DNA from: a virus
Taxonomy: Duplodnaviria > Caudoviricetes
IMG/VR virus record: IMGVR_UViG_3300005758_000163
Location: 1 to 25,104 of that record
Reading direction: 5' to 3' (one strand)
DNA: 25,104 bases
A program made the position numbers and the translations under genes. This document shows positions 16,283 through 24,588 of the stretch, piece after piece. The notes under the pieces were generated by a model that did no database searches, was not told the DNA's origin, and saw only the letters and a program-made list of their open reading frames with translations. Position 1 is the first letter of the stretch, and each line of letters opens with the position of its first letter.

Positions 16283-17286
16283 AAAGCACAAAGCAGGATA
16301 TAGTATTAAGCTATATCGCTCAGTTCCCTGATTTGCCGAATAAGTTGCTCGCAGAGTTACTTTTCACAAAAGAGGAAGGATTATTTATGACTTCGGAGTC
16401 TGCACGTAAGATGATTCGTTACTACAAAGGAGCCAACGGTAATAAATCTAGGAAATCTGCAATCAATGCAGGACACTTTGAACAACCTACCATTTCTACC
16501 ATTCAAGAAGGTTTGAAGAAGTTGGGAGTAATTTCGAAGTCTGAGGCCCCAGAACACGTTCAGTTAGGAGAAGGAAAGTACTTAATTCTTTCTGATATCC
16601 ACATTCCTTTCCAAGATGATAAGGCTCTTGCTTGTGCTTTGGAATTTGGAGTAGCTAATGGTGCTACACATATCATTTTGAATGGTGACTTATTGGATAT
16701 GTACGAAGCGTCCAAATACGAAAAGGAAATCAAAAGACCCAAGATTTCAGAGGAGTTAGAAATGACTAGAAACTTTTTGTCTTATCTGAGAGAACTGTTT
16801 CCAACGCAAGCAATTTTCTATAAGTTTGGCAACCACTGTGAGCGCATGCGTCATTATGTTTTGAGAAATGCTAGAGAAATGGCTGATATTGAAGACATAT
16901 CTCTTGAAAACTTATTACGTTTAGAACATTTTAGGATTATTCCAGTAGGTAGAGAAATGATTAAAATAGGTAAGTTGACAGTCCTTCATGGTCACGAGTT
17001 AGCTGAGTCTGTTTTTAGTCCCGTAAACGCAGCAAGAGGTATGTTTATTAGAGCCAAAACTTCAGTTATCTTTGGCCACAACCATCAAATAAGTCACCAC
17101 TCCGAAAGTAATCTTCACGGAGAACAAGTTGGTGTTTGGTCAATGGGTTGTTTGTGTGAATTAACTCCAGGATACCGACCATATGGTTATCTTCGTTGGT
17201 CACACGGATTTGCTTTTGTTGATGTCAATAGTGACGGAACATTCCACGTAAACAACATGAAAATTTTAGACGGCAAAATTCTATAA
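16279..17286 (+). CDS. calcineurin-like metallophosphoesterase with N-terminal extension
   Basis: SDIH, NGDLLD, GNH, HGHE, GHNH. Confidence 0.85.
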   Translation: MKSTKQDIVLSYIAQFPDLPNKLLAELLFTKEEGLFMTSESARKMIRYYKGANGNKSRKSAINAGHFEQPTISTIQEGLKKLGVISKSEAPEHVQLGEGKYLILSDIHIPFQDDKALACALEFGVANGATHIILNGDLLDMYEASKYEKEIKRPKISEELEMTRNFLSYLRELFPTQAIFYKFGNHCERMRHYVLRNAREMADIEDISLENLLRLEHFRIIPVGREMIKIGKLTVLHGHELAESVFSPVNAARGMFIRAKTSVIFGHNHQISHHSESNLHGEQVGVWSMGCLCELTPGYRPYGYLRWSHGFAFVDVNSDGTFHVNNMKILDGKIL

Positions 17287-17288
17287 AT

Positions 17289-17591
17289 ATGAAAGACAAC
17301 ATTAACCCATCACACTATAAGCAAGGAAAAGTTGAATGTATCGAGGCTCTTGAGGCAGCAACTGTAAACAAGACCGGATTGGATGCAATCTGTACCGCCA
17401 ATATAATTAAATACTTGTGGCGTTGTGAAGAAAAGGGTGGAGTAGAAGACTTGAAGAAAGCCCAATGGTATCTTCAGAAAATGATTGAGCATAACACACC
17501 GAAGGAATTTATACATCCTGATGCAGTGTACGCTAAAGAACCCCAAAAGGTTACTTCATTCACACAAGATCCTCTATGGTCTAAGTTATGA
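17289..17591 (+). CDS. DUF3310-like phage protein
   Basis: NINPSHY..GKVECIE...NIIKYLWR...GVEDLKKAQWYL. Confidence 0.85.
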   Translation: MKDNINPSHYKQGKVECIEALEAATVNKTGLDAICTANIIKYLWRCEEKGGVEDLKKAQWYLQKMIEHNTPKEFIHPDAVYAKEPQKVTSFTQDPLWSKL

Positions 17592-17977
17592 AACTCTACG
17601 TCTATTGGACATATACAAGACCCGAAGATAGATTAGTTGCTACTGAGGTCTTGGAGTATGCTCGTAAGAAACCAAAACTCGATACTACTACTTATCATGT
17701 AGGAGGATTGGGACATAAAGAAGACTTGTTTACTCACTTTCTTGATAGAGAAGGTAAAATTCATGTTCTGAGGCCTCAGACCGAGATTCACCTCGCAATA
17801 CATGGAGGAGTAAATGGAGATTATAAGTACGTGAGCAACCCTTCAGTAGCACAACTACACTCATTGGCAAACCTTTTCAAGCTGGTTAAGTCTTTGAAGT
17901 GGGAGATACTCGAAGGAGATATGCTTGAATTTGATTTGGAATTTTGGAAAACAGCAATAAACCTATGGCGAATATAA
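17588..17977 (+). CDS. hypothetical protein, possible degenerate Amidase_2 (T7 lysozyme-like) fold
   Basis: THFLDREGKIHVLRP, LAIHGG and SVAQLHSLANL echo amidase segments; Zn ligands not seen. Confidence 0.5.
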   Translation: MKLYVYWTYTRPEDRLVATEVLEYARKKPKLDTTTYHVGGLGHKEDLFTHFLDREGKIHVLRPQTEIHLAIHGGVNGDYKYVSNPSVAQLHSLANLFKLVKSLKWEILEGDMLEFDLEFWKTAINLWRI

Positions 17978-18144
17978 ACAAAGAAGTAAAAGAACTCGAA
18001 AAACTTTTCAGTTGGTGGGAATTCTATGAGCAGACTCAAAACGATGAGGCTAAAAACAAAGCACAAAAGCAGATAGAAAGCCAAAAGAAAAAGATAAAGT
18101 CTATCAAAGATGGAAAAACTCCAAAAGTTCCTAAAGGAAAATAA
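17965..18144 (+). CDS. small coiled-coil protein (59 aa)
   Basis: ATG 17965; overlaps both neighbours. Confidence 0.55.
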   Translation: MANINKEVKELEKLFSWWEFYEQTQNDEAKNKAQKQIESQKKKIKSIKDGKTPKVPKGK

Positions 18145-18433
18145 AATATCTGAGGCAGATGCTATCGAAAGAATAAGATTACAGGACACAGATCCTGCTA
18201 AAGATTTCTATTCTACGCTGGTATCTGCCTCAAAACAGTTAATGGATGCAGTAAAGGACAAGACCCTCAATCTCGATGACGATTATCAGAAGGGTCTTTT
18301 CCAACTGTTACAGGCTGGGGATAAGATTAATAAGTCATTGAAATTGGCTAAGTTAGAAGCATATCCCGAAAAGGAAGTAGTTGATGACAGCGTGTCATTT
18401 TTGGATAGAATGTCGTCTGCTAAACGTGTATAG
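18110..18433 (+). CDS. helical protein, candidate terminase small subunit (by position only)
   Basis: 107 aa, directly upstream of terL. Confidence 0.45.
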   Translation: MEKLQKFLKENKISEADAIERIRLQDTDPAKDFYSTLVSASKQLMDAVKDKTLNLDDDYQKGLFQLLQAGDKINKSLKLAKLEAYPEKEVVDDSVSFLDRMSSAKRV

Positions 18434-18438
18434 TTGAG

Positions 18439-20274
18439 ATGATTGAGATTATAGAAAACAAGAAACTACCTAAGTTTGAATATAACGAATGGTTTAGTAA
18501 ATACGGATTAGACCCCCACTCAACAAATAAAGAAAAGGATATTTGGTGGGGAAATGAAATGGAGAATTGGCACGAAGGAAAGTTTGGTCTAACTGGCATT
18601 CACTATTTTGCACTGACACAGTGTATGATTAAAGATGCCAGAGGGTTCAGAAAACGTCCTATTTGGAGAGATGTAGACGAATTGATTTACGAGGCTTACA
18701 TAAATGCTAGAAATACAAATCATGACTTGTTTGTAACGAAGAGACGTGAGATTGGTCTTTCGTTAATCTTCGGTGGAGTTGCCCCAATGTGGATTGCACT
18801 TACAAACCCGGGATCTACTTCATTGATTACCAGTGCAGATAAAACTCGTTTGGAAACTCTATTCAAAGAAAAAACAAGAATTATTTATGATAATCTGAAT
18901 CCTTATATCAAGCCCGATATCATTTCAACTCGTCAGGTTGGATATTTGCACATGGGAGTAAAAGACCAAAAGACAGGTGAGATTAGCGGATTGGATTCTC
19001 AGATTATAACAAGAGAAACACAAGATACTCCAACTGCATTAGAAGCCTACCGTGCGATGCACGTATTGATTGATGAGTGTATGTTGCACAGCAAAGCTGA
19101 TCAGGTTTATAAGTCGGCTCAAGCAAGCGTTAAGTCTGGTTTTATCAAGGTGGCACCAATCGTCATTGGAGGAAGCGCAGGAGAATCAACTAGTGTGGGA
19201 CAGAAACTCGCAAACAATCTTTGGAAGAATGCAGAGAACCTAAATCTATTAACTGTATTTCTTCCTGGAAATATGGGTATTATGGAAGCCCCTGAGATTG
19301 ACGGAGATGGTAGAGAGACAGGAAAGATTCTGAATTTCTGCCCCAATGGATACTCTGATATTGAAGGTGCTACTGAATGGATCAATAAAACCCGTGAGAA
19401 GTTAGATAAGATTGAGGATAAGTCATTCTTGAACTCATTTATTAAACAGTATCCATTAGATATTAATGAGGTGTTTTCTTCTACCTCTCATGGTGCTTTG
19501 CCTGTGGATGTTATTCATAAATTGAATCAGCAGGAAAGGATTATTTTATCTGAGCCCCCACCGATTGAAAAATGTATGATTTACAAAGACATCAGCGGAG
19601 AACTTCAGGTAAAGCCAGACAAAGAAGGAAAGTTCACACTACTTGAGAGATACAATCCCAACCACAAATACATAGCAGGGATGGACCCGATTCCATTTAT
19701 CTCTTCTAAACTGGGAGATGGCTCTGATAACTGTATAGCAATCAAGAACTTAGACACCAATACATACGTTGCGTTCTACAAAGAAAGAGCAGCAGATCCA
19801 GATTTGATTATGACAAACAACATCAATCTACAGGATTATTTTGGTGGTGCTAAAGTAATGATTGAGATTAACCGAGGTGGTGTTATCTTGGATACTTATC
19901 GAACAAACAATCGCCAAGACTTATTGGCTCCTTCTCCTAGAAACTTGGGTAAGACATTCTTGAGTAAAGACAGACCTTATGGTTGGTATAAGAATGACCA
20001 CACAGCAGAGAGAGCAAATGCCTATTTGATTGATTATTTGAGGAAAAACTTTGAGTCTGTTTATATAATGCAGATAATCGAAGAGGCAAAGGTCTACATT
20101 ACAGAGAACACGGATTTATTGGATGCTATTGTTGGTTGTGAAATCTACCACAAAGATCTAATGGAAAAACTCAAGAAGAAAGTTGAGGCTGCCCCACAAA
20201 AGAAAACAATTCCGATGATAGTGTATCAGAATGGAAAGGCTATGAAAGTTTGGAGGGAAATTAGTATTGGGTAA
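18439..20274 (+). CDS. terL: terminase large subunit
   Basis: KRREIGLS (terminase Walker A variant), VLIDE (Walker B), IGGSAG coupling motif, QYP..EVF, IAGMDP nuclease Asp, MIEIN, TDLLDA. Confidence 0.85.
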   Translation: MIEIIENKKLPKFEYNEWFSKYGLDPHSTNKEKDIWWGNEMENWHEGKFGLTGIHYFALTQCMIKDARGFRKRPIWRDVDELIYEAYINARNTNHDLFVTKRREIGLSLIFGGVAPMWIALTNPGSTSLITSADKTRLETLFKEKTRIIYDNLNPYIKPDIISTRQVGYLHMGVKDQKTGEISGLDSQIITRETQDTPTALEAYRAMHVLIDECMLHSKADQVYKSAQASVKSGFIKVAPIVIGGSAGESTSVGQKLANNLWKNAENLNLLTVFLPGNMGIMEAPEIDGDGRETGKILNFCPNGYSDIEGATEWINKTREKLDKIEDKSFLNSFIKQYPLDINEVFSSTSHGALPVDVIHKLNQQERIILSEPPPIEKCMIYKDISGELQVKPDKEGKFTLLERYNPNHKYIAGMDPIPFISSKLGDGSDNCIAIKNLDTNTYVAFYKERAADPDLIMTNNINLQDYFGGAKVMIEINRGGVILDTYRTNNRQDLLAPSPRNLGKTFLSKDRPYGWYKNDHTAERANAYLIDYLRKNFESVYIMQIIEEAKVYITENTDLLDAIVGCEIYHKDLMEKLKKKVEAAPQKKTIPMIVYQNGKAMKVWREISIG

Positions 20275-20541
20275 TTATTTTTTGGTAGACTTGCCATTAG
20301 AACCATTACGACTTTTGTTGCGTTTTGCGCTTTCGATTACCATCTTTCCTGACTTGGTATGAGATAAATTTGTACCTGCGGCTGCACGCTTGCCATAAAT
20401 ACCTCTTTTGCGGGCCTCTGCGTTGAGTTCTTGACGATATGCTACCTTGCCCTTCTGATATTCTTTATCGTAGCTGTAATCACGTCCTGTGGCTTTATTT
20501 GAAGCTGGTCTTTTATTCTTACCTACGATTTTGTTTTTCAT
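20275..20541 (-). CDS. small basic protein, possibly HNH-derived
   Basis: RDYSYDKEY...RQELNAEAR...NLSH...ESAKRNKSRN. Confidence 0.6.
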   Translation of the reverse strand: MKNKIVGKNKRPASNKATGRDYSYDKEYQKGKVAYRQELNAEARKRGIYGKRAAAGTNLSHTKSGKMVIESAKRNKSRNGSNGKSTKK

Positions 20542-20629
20542 CTTTCTTTTCGATTATTTCTCCAACTATGTAGGAGATTCCTATTGTAAAGGTAACAAAT
20601 AATAACCCAAATAGGAAGCCGCTCATCAT
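20519..20629 (-). CDS. small membrane protein (36 aa)
   Basis: MMSGFLFGLLFVTFTIGISYIVGEIIEKKDEKQNRR; read manually; ATGA overlap with the upstream gene. Confidence 0.5.
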   Translation of the reverse strand: MMSGFLFGLLFVTFTIGISYIVGEIIEKKDEKQNRR

Positions 20630-20772
20630 CGTCCTTGACCTTTGTATTTTTTCTTGTAATTCTTTGAGGTTTTCAAAGATGAGTTCTTCTTCTTGGAAAC
20701 AACACCCGGCCTTTTAATGGATGCCTTGGGTTTCCACTTGGCAAGTTCTTTATTTGCTTTTACTTTAGCCAT
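20626..20772 (-). CDS. small very basic protein (48 aa) ending KKYKGQGR
   Basis: Read manually; fills the gap; the C-terminal KKY(R/K)GQG ending is familiar from small basic phage proteins. Confidence 0.7.
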   Translation of the reverse strand: MAKVKANKELAKWKPKASIKRPGVVSKKKNSSLKTSKNYKKKYKGQGR

Positions 20773-21202
20773 TGCTTTGTCTTTCTTCTTTTTTGGCTTG
20801 TCGATAATTTCTCATGGCTTCCCTGCGATTTTTGCCCTTTTTCCATGATCCTGCTGCAAATCTCTCTGCTCTCCTTTTGCTTTTAAATCCAATGACTTCT
20901 CCACGCTTTTTTGCTTCTAAATATGCTGCATTTCCTTGACCTCCCAAATCTTTCCATGATCCATCTTTTTCTGGAAATATCGTAGGATTTACTTGATATT
21001 TATATTTTCCGTCACCTTCTCCCCATTCCATAACATGAGTACTTTGTCCACCATCAGCGTTTTTTCTGCTTGTGGTTCTCATTTTTCTGGCTGCCTGTTT
21101 TCTTTTTGAGATAATAACTCCCTGTGAGTCTCTTTTGGGAGGAGTCATTTTATCTTTTAGATAACCCGAAACAGCATTTGCTATTTTTACTTTGGCTGCC
21201 AT
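20765..21202 (-). CDS. basic hypothetical protein (145 aa)
   Basis: Overlapping tiling on the - strand. Confidence 0.7.
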   Translation of the reverse strand: MAAKVKIANAVSGYLKDKMTPPKRDSQGVIISKRKQAARKMRTTSRKNADGGQSTHVMEWGEGDGKYKYQVNPTIFPEKDGSWKDLGGQGNAAYLEAKKRGEVIGFKSKRRAERFAAGSWKKGKNRREAMRNYRQAKKEERQSNG

Positions 21203-21633
21203 AAATATAATCTAAACCACTCGAAATCTTCTTTTCCACCTTCTTCAACGTAGTTCAAATAAGCCTCATAGATCGGGCCTCCGAAACTAACTTCTTGAAA
21301 TGAGGTGTCAATGTTATTACCAATCATCTTAACTTGGTAGAATTCAACCTTCTGTTCAATCACTTCCATTGCCTTCACCACTTCCTCTGCCTTTGCCTTA
21401 GCAACTACAACCGCTTCTTTGAGTTCTGCTTTTTCCTCGACCTTTTGTGCAACAAGTGCTGCACTTTTCTTTTGGGCAACTTGTGTTACTTCTGAGGCCA
21501 ATGCCAAATTCTTCTGAATCTTAGCAAGCATTACATCAATTTCATCAACTGGCGGAGTAACAACTGCACCAACCGGAAATGCGATTTCAATCATTAATAA
21601 GAATACACAGAAAGCAACGATGAGAGTTCTCAT
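21187..21633 (-). CDS. signal-peptide/TM protein with coiled coil (148 aa)
   Basis: Hydrophobic N-terminus; A/K/E/V-rich helical middle. Confidence 0.7.
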   Translation of the reverse strand: MRTLIVAFCVFLLMIEIAFPVGAVVTPPVDEIDVMLAKIQKNLALASEVTQVAQKKSAALVAQKVEEKAELKEAVVVAKAKAEEVVKAMEVIEQKVEFYQVKMIGNNIDTSFQEVSFGGPIYEAYLNYVEEGGKEDFEWFRLYLWQPK

Positions 21634-21905
21634 AGTTTTTTTACGGCATTGATTATACGAAGTTCTGTTATAGCAGCAGCAAGTGCACTATCGCTCTTCT
21701 TCAAAGCAGCGCCCATCTTATCTACCTTGAGCTCAAGAGCGTCAATCTTTTTATTAGATTTTTCAATCTGGTCAAGATAGCTTGTCTTACCGTCATAATA
21801 GAGATAGCTAACAGCCACAAGCATACAAAAAGCAACGGCAGTAACTGGTTGTTTACGAAACTCATCAAACGAAATTGGAAAAGATTTAACTTTAGGAGCA
21901 CTCAT
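21630..21905 (-). CDS. single-TM coiled-coil protein (91 aa)
   Basis: ATG at 21905 (MSAPK) with ATGA overlaps; TM VTAVAFCMLVAVSYLYY then heptads. Confidence 0.7.
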   Translation of the reverse strand: MSAPKVKSFPISFDEFRKQPVTAVAFCMLVAVSYLYYDGKTSYLDQIEKSNKKIDALELKVDKMGAALKKSDSALAAAITELRIINAVKKL

Positions 21906-22075
21906 TCTTTTATTTTCTTGTAATAATAAATGATTGCCATAATACCCGATACACATCCGATCAGTCCTACGACAACAGCCACAACAGGCTGCCAAGCAGT
22001 TGCAATAGAGATAAGGGCTGAGGCCCCAGTCATAATCGTCAGCCCATCGGCTGTGGAATCAGTTTGTTGGATCAT
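21902..22075 (-). CDS. small two-TM protein, holin-like (57 aa)
   Basis: MIQQTD start at 22075; two hydrophobic stretches and a basic tail YYKKIKE. Confidence 0.55.
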   Translation of the reverse strand: MIQQTDSTADGLTIMTGASALISIATAWQPVVAVVVGLIGCVSGIMAIIYYYKKIKE

Positions 22076-22287
22076 TTCTTTTTCTTGGTTAAGGATTTCC
22101 ACATTTGTTTGGCAGCAGTAGCCTTACCAATTGCGGTGGCTTTTGCAGCAGACATCCCTTTTTTCTTATAAGAGGCAGCAACTTTACTGGCAACAGTTTT
22201 AAACTCCTTACCTTTGCCTTGGAGATCTTTGCCGGCAACTGCTTTCTTAACAATAGCAGAACGCTGTTTCTTAGTTCCGTATGCCAT
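22072..22287 (-). CDS. K/A-rich basic protein (71 aa)
   Basis: Coupled start/stop junctions; composition. Confidence 0.7.
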   Translation of the reverse strand: MAYGTKKQRSAIVKKAVAGKDLQGKGKEFKTVASKVAASYKKKGMSAAKATAIGKATAAKQMWKSLTKKKK

Positions 22288-22493
22288 TAGTTTCCGTAGA
22301 TAAAAGGTTTTTTAGCTGGCTTTTTAGCAACTGCCTTTTTCTTTGAAGCAGCATACATCATCTTTTCTTTGGCTTCAACTTTCTTTCCCTCTTTCTTTTC
22401 GTGTTTCATTTCAGCCTTCTTAGAAGCATACTTTTCCATACCACCGTACTCAGAAATCTTCTTAGTAGCGGTCTTCTTTATTGGTTTTTTCAT
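22287..22493 (-). CDS. K-rich basic protein (68 aa)
   Basis: TAATG junction; histone-H1-like tail KKKAVAKKPAKK. Confidence 0.7.
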   Translation of the reverse strand: MKKPIKKTATKKISEYGGMEKYASKKAEMKHEKKEGKKVEAKEKMMYAASKKKAVAKKPAKKPFIYGN

Positions 22494-22495
22494 GA

Positions 22496-23032
22496 TTAAA
22501 ATCCTCCTTCATTATTACGTCCTTGTGGCGAACACAAGTTATTACCTTTACCTCCAGGGATACATTTAGATGCCTGCTTAGATTTCTTTTTGTTCTGCTT
22601 ACGCATTTCTTCCATTGTCTTTGGTTTAGATTTCAAATCTGCGTAATATTCTTTGGCCAATTTCTTCCGTGCTCTTCCTTGCAAACCAGTATTCAAATTT
22701 TCGCTGATTGTGCGAACAGCTTTTCTTTTGCTTCCGGGCAAGTTTTCACCTTTGAATTTAGGAGCACTAGGACTGCTTATATTACGTTCGTAAATTCTTT
22801 TAGCACGCTCTGCTCGTCTTGCACTTTGACGACCTTGACGCTTTACATAACCAAGAGTATTATCATCTTGCATATCACCTCTACGAGCAGCAACACTCGC
22901 ACTAATAGCACGACCTTCTTGCTTTACCAAGGTACCTGCTGATTTTGCTTTTGCACCTGCGACTGCTTTGGTTTTGTTTACACGAGCCTTGACCTTTTGC
23001 ATCAGGGGTCCGGGAGTCTTTTTAGTAGCCAT
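22496..23032 (-). CDS. K/R-rich basic protein (178 aa)
   Basis: TAATG junction; composition. Confidence 0.7.
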   Translation of the reverse strand: MATKKTPGPLMQKVKARVNKTKAVAGAKAKSAGTLVKQEGRAISASVAARRGDMQDDNTLGYVKRQGRQSARRAERAKRIYERNISSPSAPKFKGENLPGSKRKAVRTISENLNTGLQGRARKKLAKEYYADLKSKPKTMEEMRKQNKKKSKQASKCIPGGKGNNLCSPQGRNNEGGF

Positions 23033-23367
23033 TATGGTTTTCTTTTAGTTGGGATGTAAGATTTACCTGTCAAACGTCTTTTGGTATTAATCATATCAGC
23101 AGCTGCACCAAGCATAGTGGCACCCATACCTGCGATTTTAGTCTTTACCTCTTTACGTTTTTTAGCAGCACCAGTAGCACTCAAAGGAGCTTTGGCCTTG
23201 ATTGCCTGTTTCATACTTTCCTTTTTAGTAGCAGGACCTACTACAGGAGGTTTTTCACCATATTTAGATGCCATCTTCTTAGAACCTGTGCTTGACATCT
23301 TGCTTGGTTTAGTTACTTTTGATGGAGCCACCTTTCCGGTACTTTTTATCGGTTTCTTAGGCATCAT
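23032..23367 (-). CDS. K-rich basic protein (111 aa)
   Basis: TAATG junctions at both ends. Confidence 0.7.
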   Translation of the reverse strand: MMPKKPIKSTGKVAPSKVTKPSKMSSTGSKKMASKYGEKPPVVGPATKKESMKQAIKAKAPLSATGAAKKRKEVKTKIAGMGATMLGAAADMINTKRRLTGKSYIPTKRKP

Positions 23368-23603
23368 TATTTTTTTATTTTGGATTGTCCAACATATTTT
23401 TTTGGTGCACCTTTAGGTTTAAGGTTTTCTGCACCGGCAGCTTTACCCTTAATCTTGTTGTAGGCAGCAAGACTGTCTTGATAAGAAGCAGTACGAGGTT
23501 CAATTCTGTACACAGGGTTTCCTGCTGGAGGAGTACCGGGTTTAGTTGTTTCGGCAATTCTTTTTTGCATGCCTTGGTAGTTTAGTGTTTTATTTTTTGC
23601 CAT
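23367..23603 (-). CDS. basic protein (78 aa)
   Basis: Tiling; TAATG junction. Confidence 0.65.
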   Translation of the reverse strand: MAKNKTLNYQGMQKRIAETTKPGTPPAGNPVYRIEPRTASYQDSLAAYNKIKGKAAGAENLKPKGAPKKYVGQSKIKK

Positions 23604-23706
23604 TGTTTGTTGGTTTATTCTTTGATACTTTAACCTTACCGCTTTGCTTGGTAGGTTTTGAGTTGTTGTGTTCTAGCTTTTTGGCTACAAAGTTGCAGTT
23701 ATACAT
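23590..23706 (-). CDS. possible small basic protein (38 aa)
   Basis: MYNCNFVAKKLEHNNSKPTKQSGKVKVSKNKPTNNGKK; read manually; fills the gap. Confidence 0.35.
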   Translation of the reverse strand: MYNCNFVAKKLEHNNSKPTKQSGKVKVSKNKPTNNGKK

Positions 23707-23707
23707 A

Positions 23708-23998
23708 TTAACATTTCCATCTTTTACGAGCCTGTCTCAGACGAGAATTTGGATCTGAGGCCGCCTTTGGGAACATTTTCATTTGACCAGCACTACGAGC
23801 ACAAAATGATTTGCGTCTCTTAGCGTCTGCACTTCCTGCCTTTACCTTACCAGTAACGGCTGTCTTTAATTTACTTCCGGGGTTTGCTCTGCGATATGCA
23901 GCAACACCTTTAGCCGTCATACCTGCACCTTTCTTGGTGGGGAGGTAATTGGCATTTTTACCTTTGGTGGTTTTCGGTATGGGCTTATCCTTCGCCAT
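23708..23998 (-). CDS. basic phage protein with RRKSFCAR...DPNSRL...RWKC motif (96 aa)
   Basis: ATG at 23998 (MAKDKP); motif recognised from small aquatic-phage proteins of unknown function. Confidence 0.75.
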   Translation of the reverse strand: MAKDKPIPKTTKGKNANYLPTKKGAGMTAKGVAAYRRANPGSKLKTAVTGKVKAGSADAKRRKSFCARSAGQMKMFPKAASDPNSRLRQARKRWKC

Positions 23999-24215
23999 TC
24001 TTCTTTTTGAAAATCTTATTAGCGGCTCCGAGACCCAATGCACCAAATGCAAGGGCGGTTACACACTCTACTAAAATGGCAGCAGGTGCAGTATGTTCTT
24101 CGGAAAAAGAATTGTGATACATAGTAACACACAAAGCAACAGCACACAAGATGCCTACGAAACGGTTTGCAGAAAACTTGCCGTGCTCGTCTTTGAATAT
24201 TTCGAAGAATTTCAT
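23985..24215 (-). CDS. two-TM membrane protein, holin-like (76 aa)
   Basis: FKDEHGKFSANRF then two hydrophobic helices and a basic C-terminus. Confidence 0.6.
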   Translation of the reverse strand: MKFFEIFKDEHGKFSANRFVGILCAVALCVTMYHNSFSEEHTAPAAILVECVTALAFGALGLGAANKIFKKKNGEG

Positions 24216-24249
24216 AACTTTATTTAATTACTAAGTTACTTAATTTTAT

Positions 24250-24585
24250 TTAATTTTCCAATGGTTTACAATGTGGCGAATCGGGATTGAAAGAACAAAA
24301 ACGATTAAGGTAGAGTGAATCGCACCCACTGTACGTGTGTACGCCAATTGGATTTGGAAAAACCTCTTTTGTGGCGAATGACTCTAACGGCTCATCGTTC
24401 CAAAGAATATCAACGGCATACAACGGGGAAAGGTCGGTGCAGTTGCCCTCTTCATCGTGAGCAAGGCAGATTTGTCCTATTTCAACGATGGCGCAGTTTA
24501 CGGGGTTGCCTTCCGTGTCCGTTATTTGGGCTTTGTATGTTGCCCATTCGGTGGGGTTGGTGAATTGATATTTGCAAAAGGTCAT
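24250..24585 (-). CDS. hypothetical Cys-containing protein downstream of the fibre gene (111 aa)
   Basis: Starts 3 nt after the fibre-gene stop. Confidence 0.7.
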   Translation of the reverse strand: MTFCKYQFTNPTEWATYKAQITDTEGNPVNCAIVEIGQICLAHDEEGNCTDLSPLYAVDILWNDEPLESFATKEVFPNPIGVHTYSGCDSLYLNRFCSFNPDSPHCKPLEN

Positions 24586-24588
24586 TGT

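Larger units (their letters stand above)
327..22028. repeat. dispersed quasi-palindromic 10-mer TGAGRCCYCA
   Basis: Exact copies (either strand) start at 1740, 2426, 3870, 5858, 6978, 7151, 9059, 9162, 15755, 16542, 17769, 22019; one-mismatch copies at 327, 1483, 5111, 8168, 11113, 14378, 14686, 14756, 19551, 21301. Confidence 0.9.

Noticed and set aside
1738-17782. CRISPR array, MITE or att-site interpretation of the repeated palindrome
   Set aside because: Copies are 10-16 bp, irregularly spaced hundreds to thousands of bases apart and in-frame inside intact genes, with no spacers or target duplications
842-19385. Minus-strand and alternate-frame ORFs (e.g. 842, 2363, 3889, 6378, 9856, 9941, 10580, 10618, 12579, 15859, 17821, 19119)
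   Set aside because: Shadows of well-supported + strand genes with no motifs
21930-24563. Plus-strand ORFs (21930, 22105, 22369, 22523, 23081, 23385, 23546, 24315)
   Set aside because: Phe/Leu-rich antisense shadows of Lys-rich minus-strand genes that tile with coupled start/stop junctions
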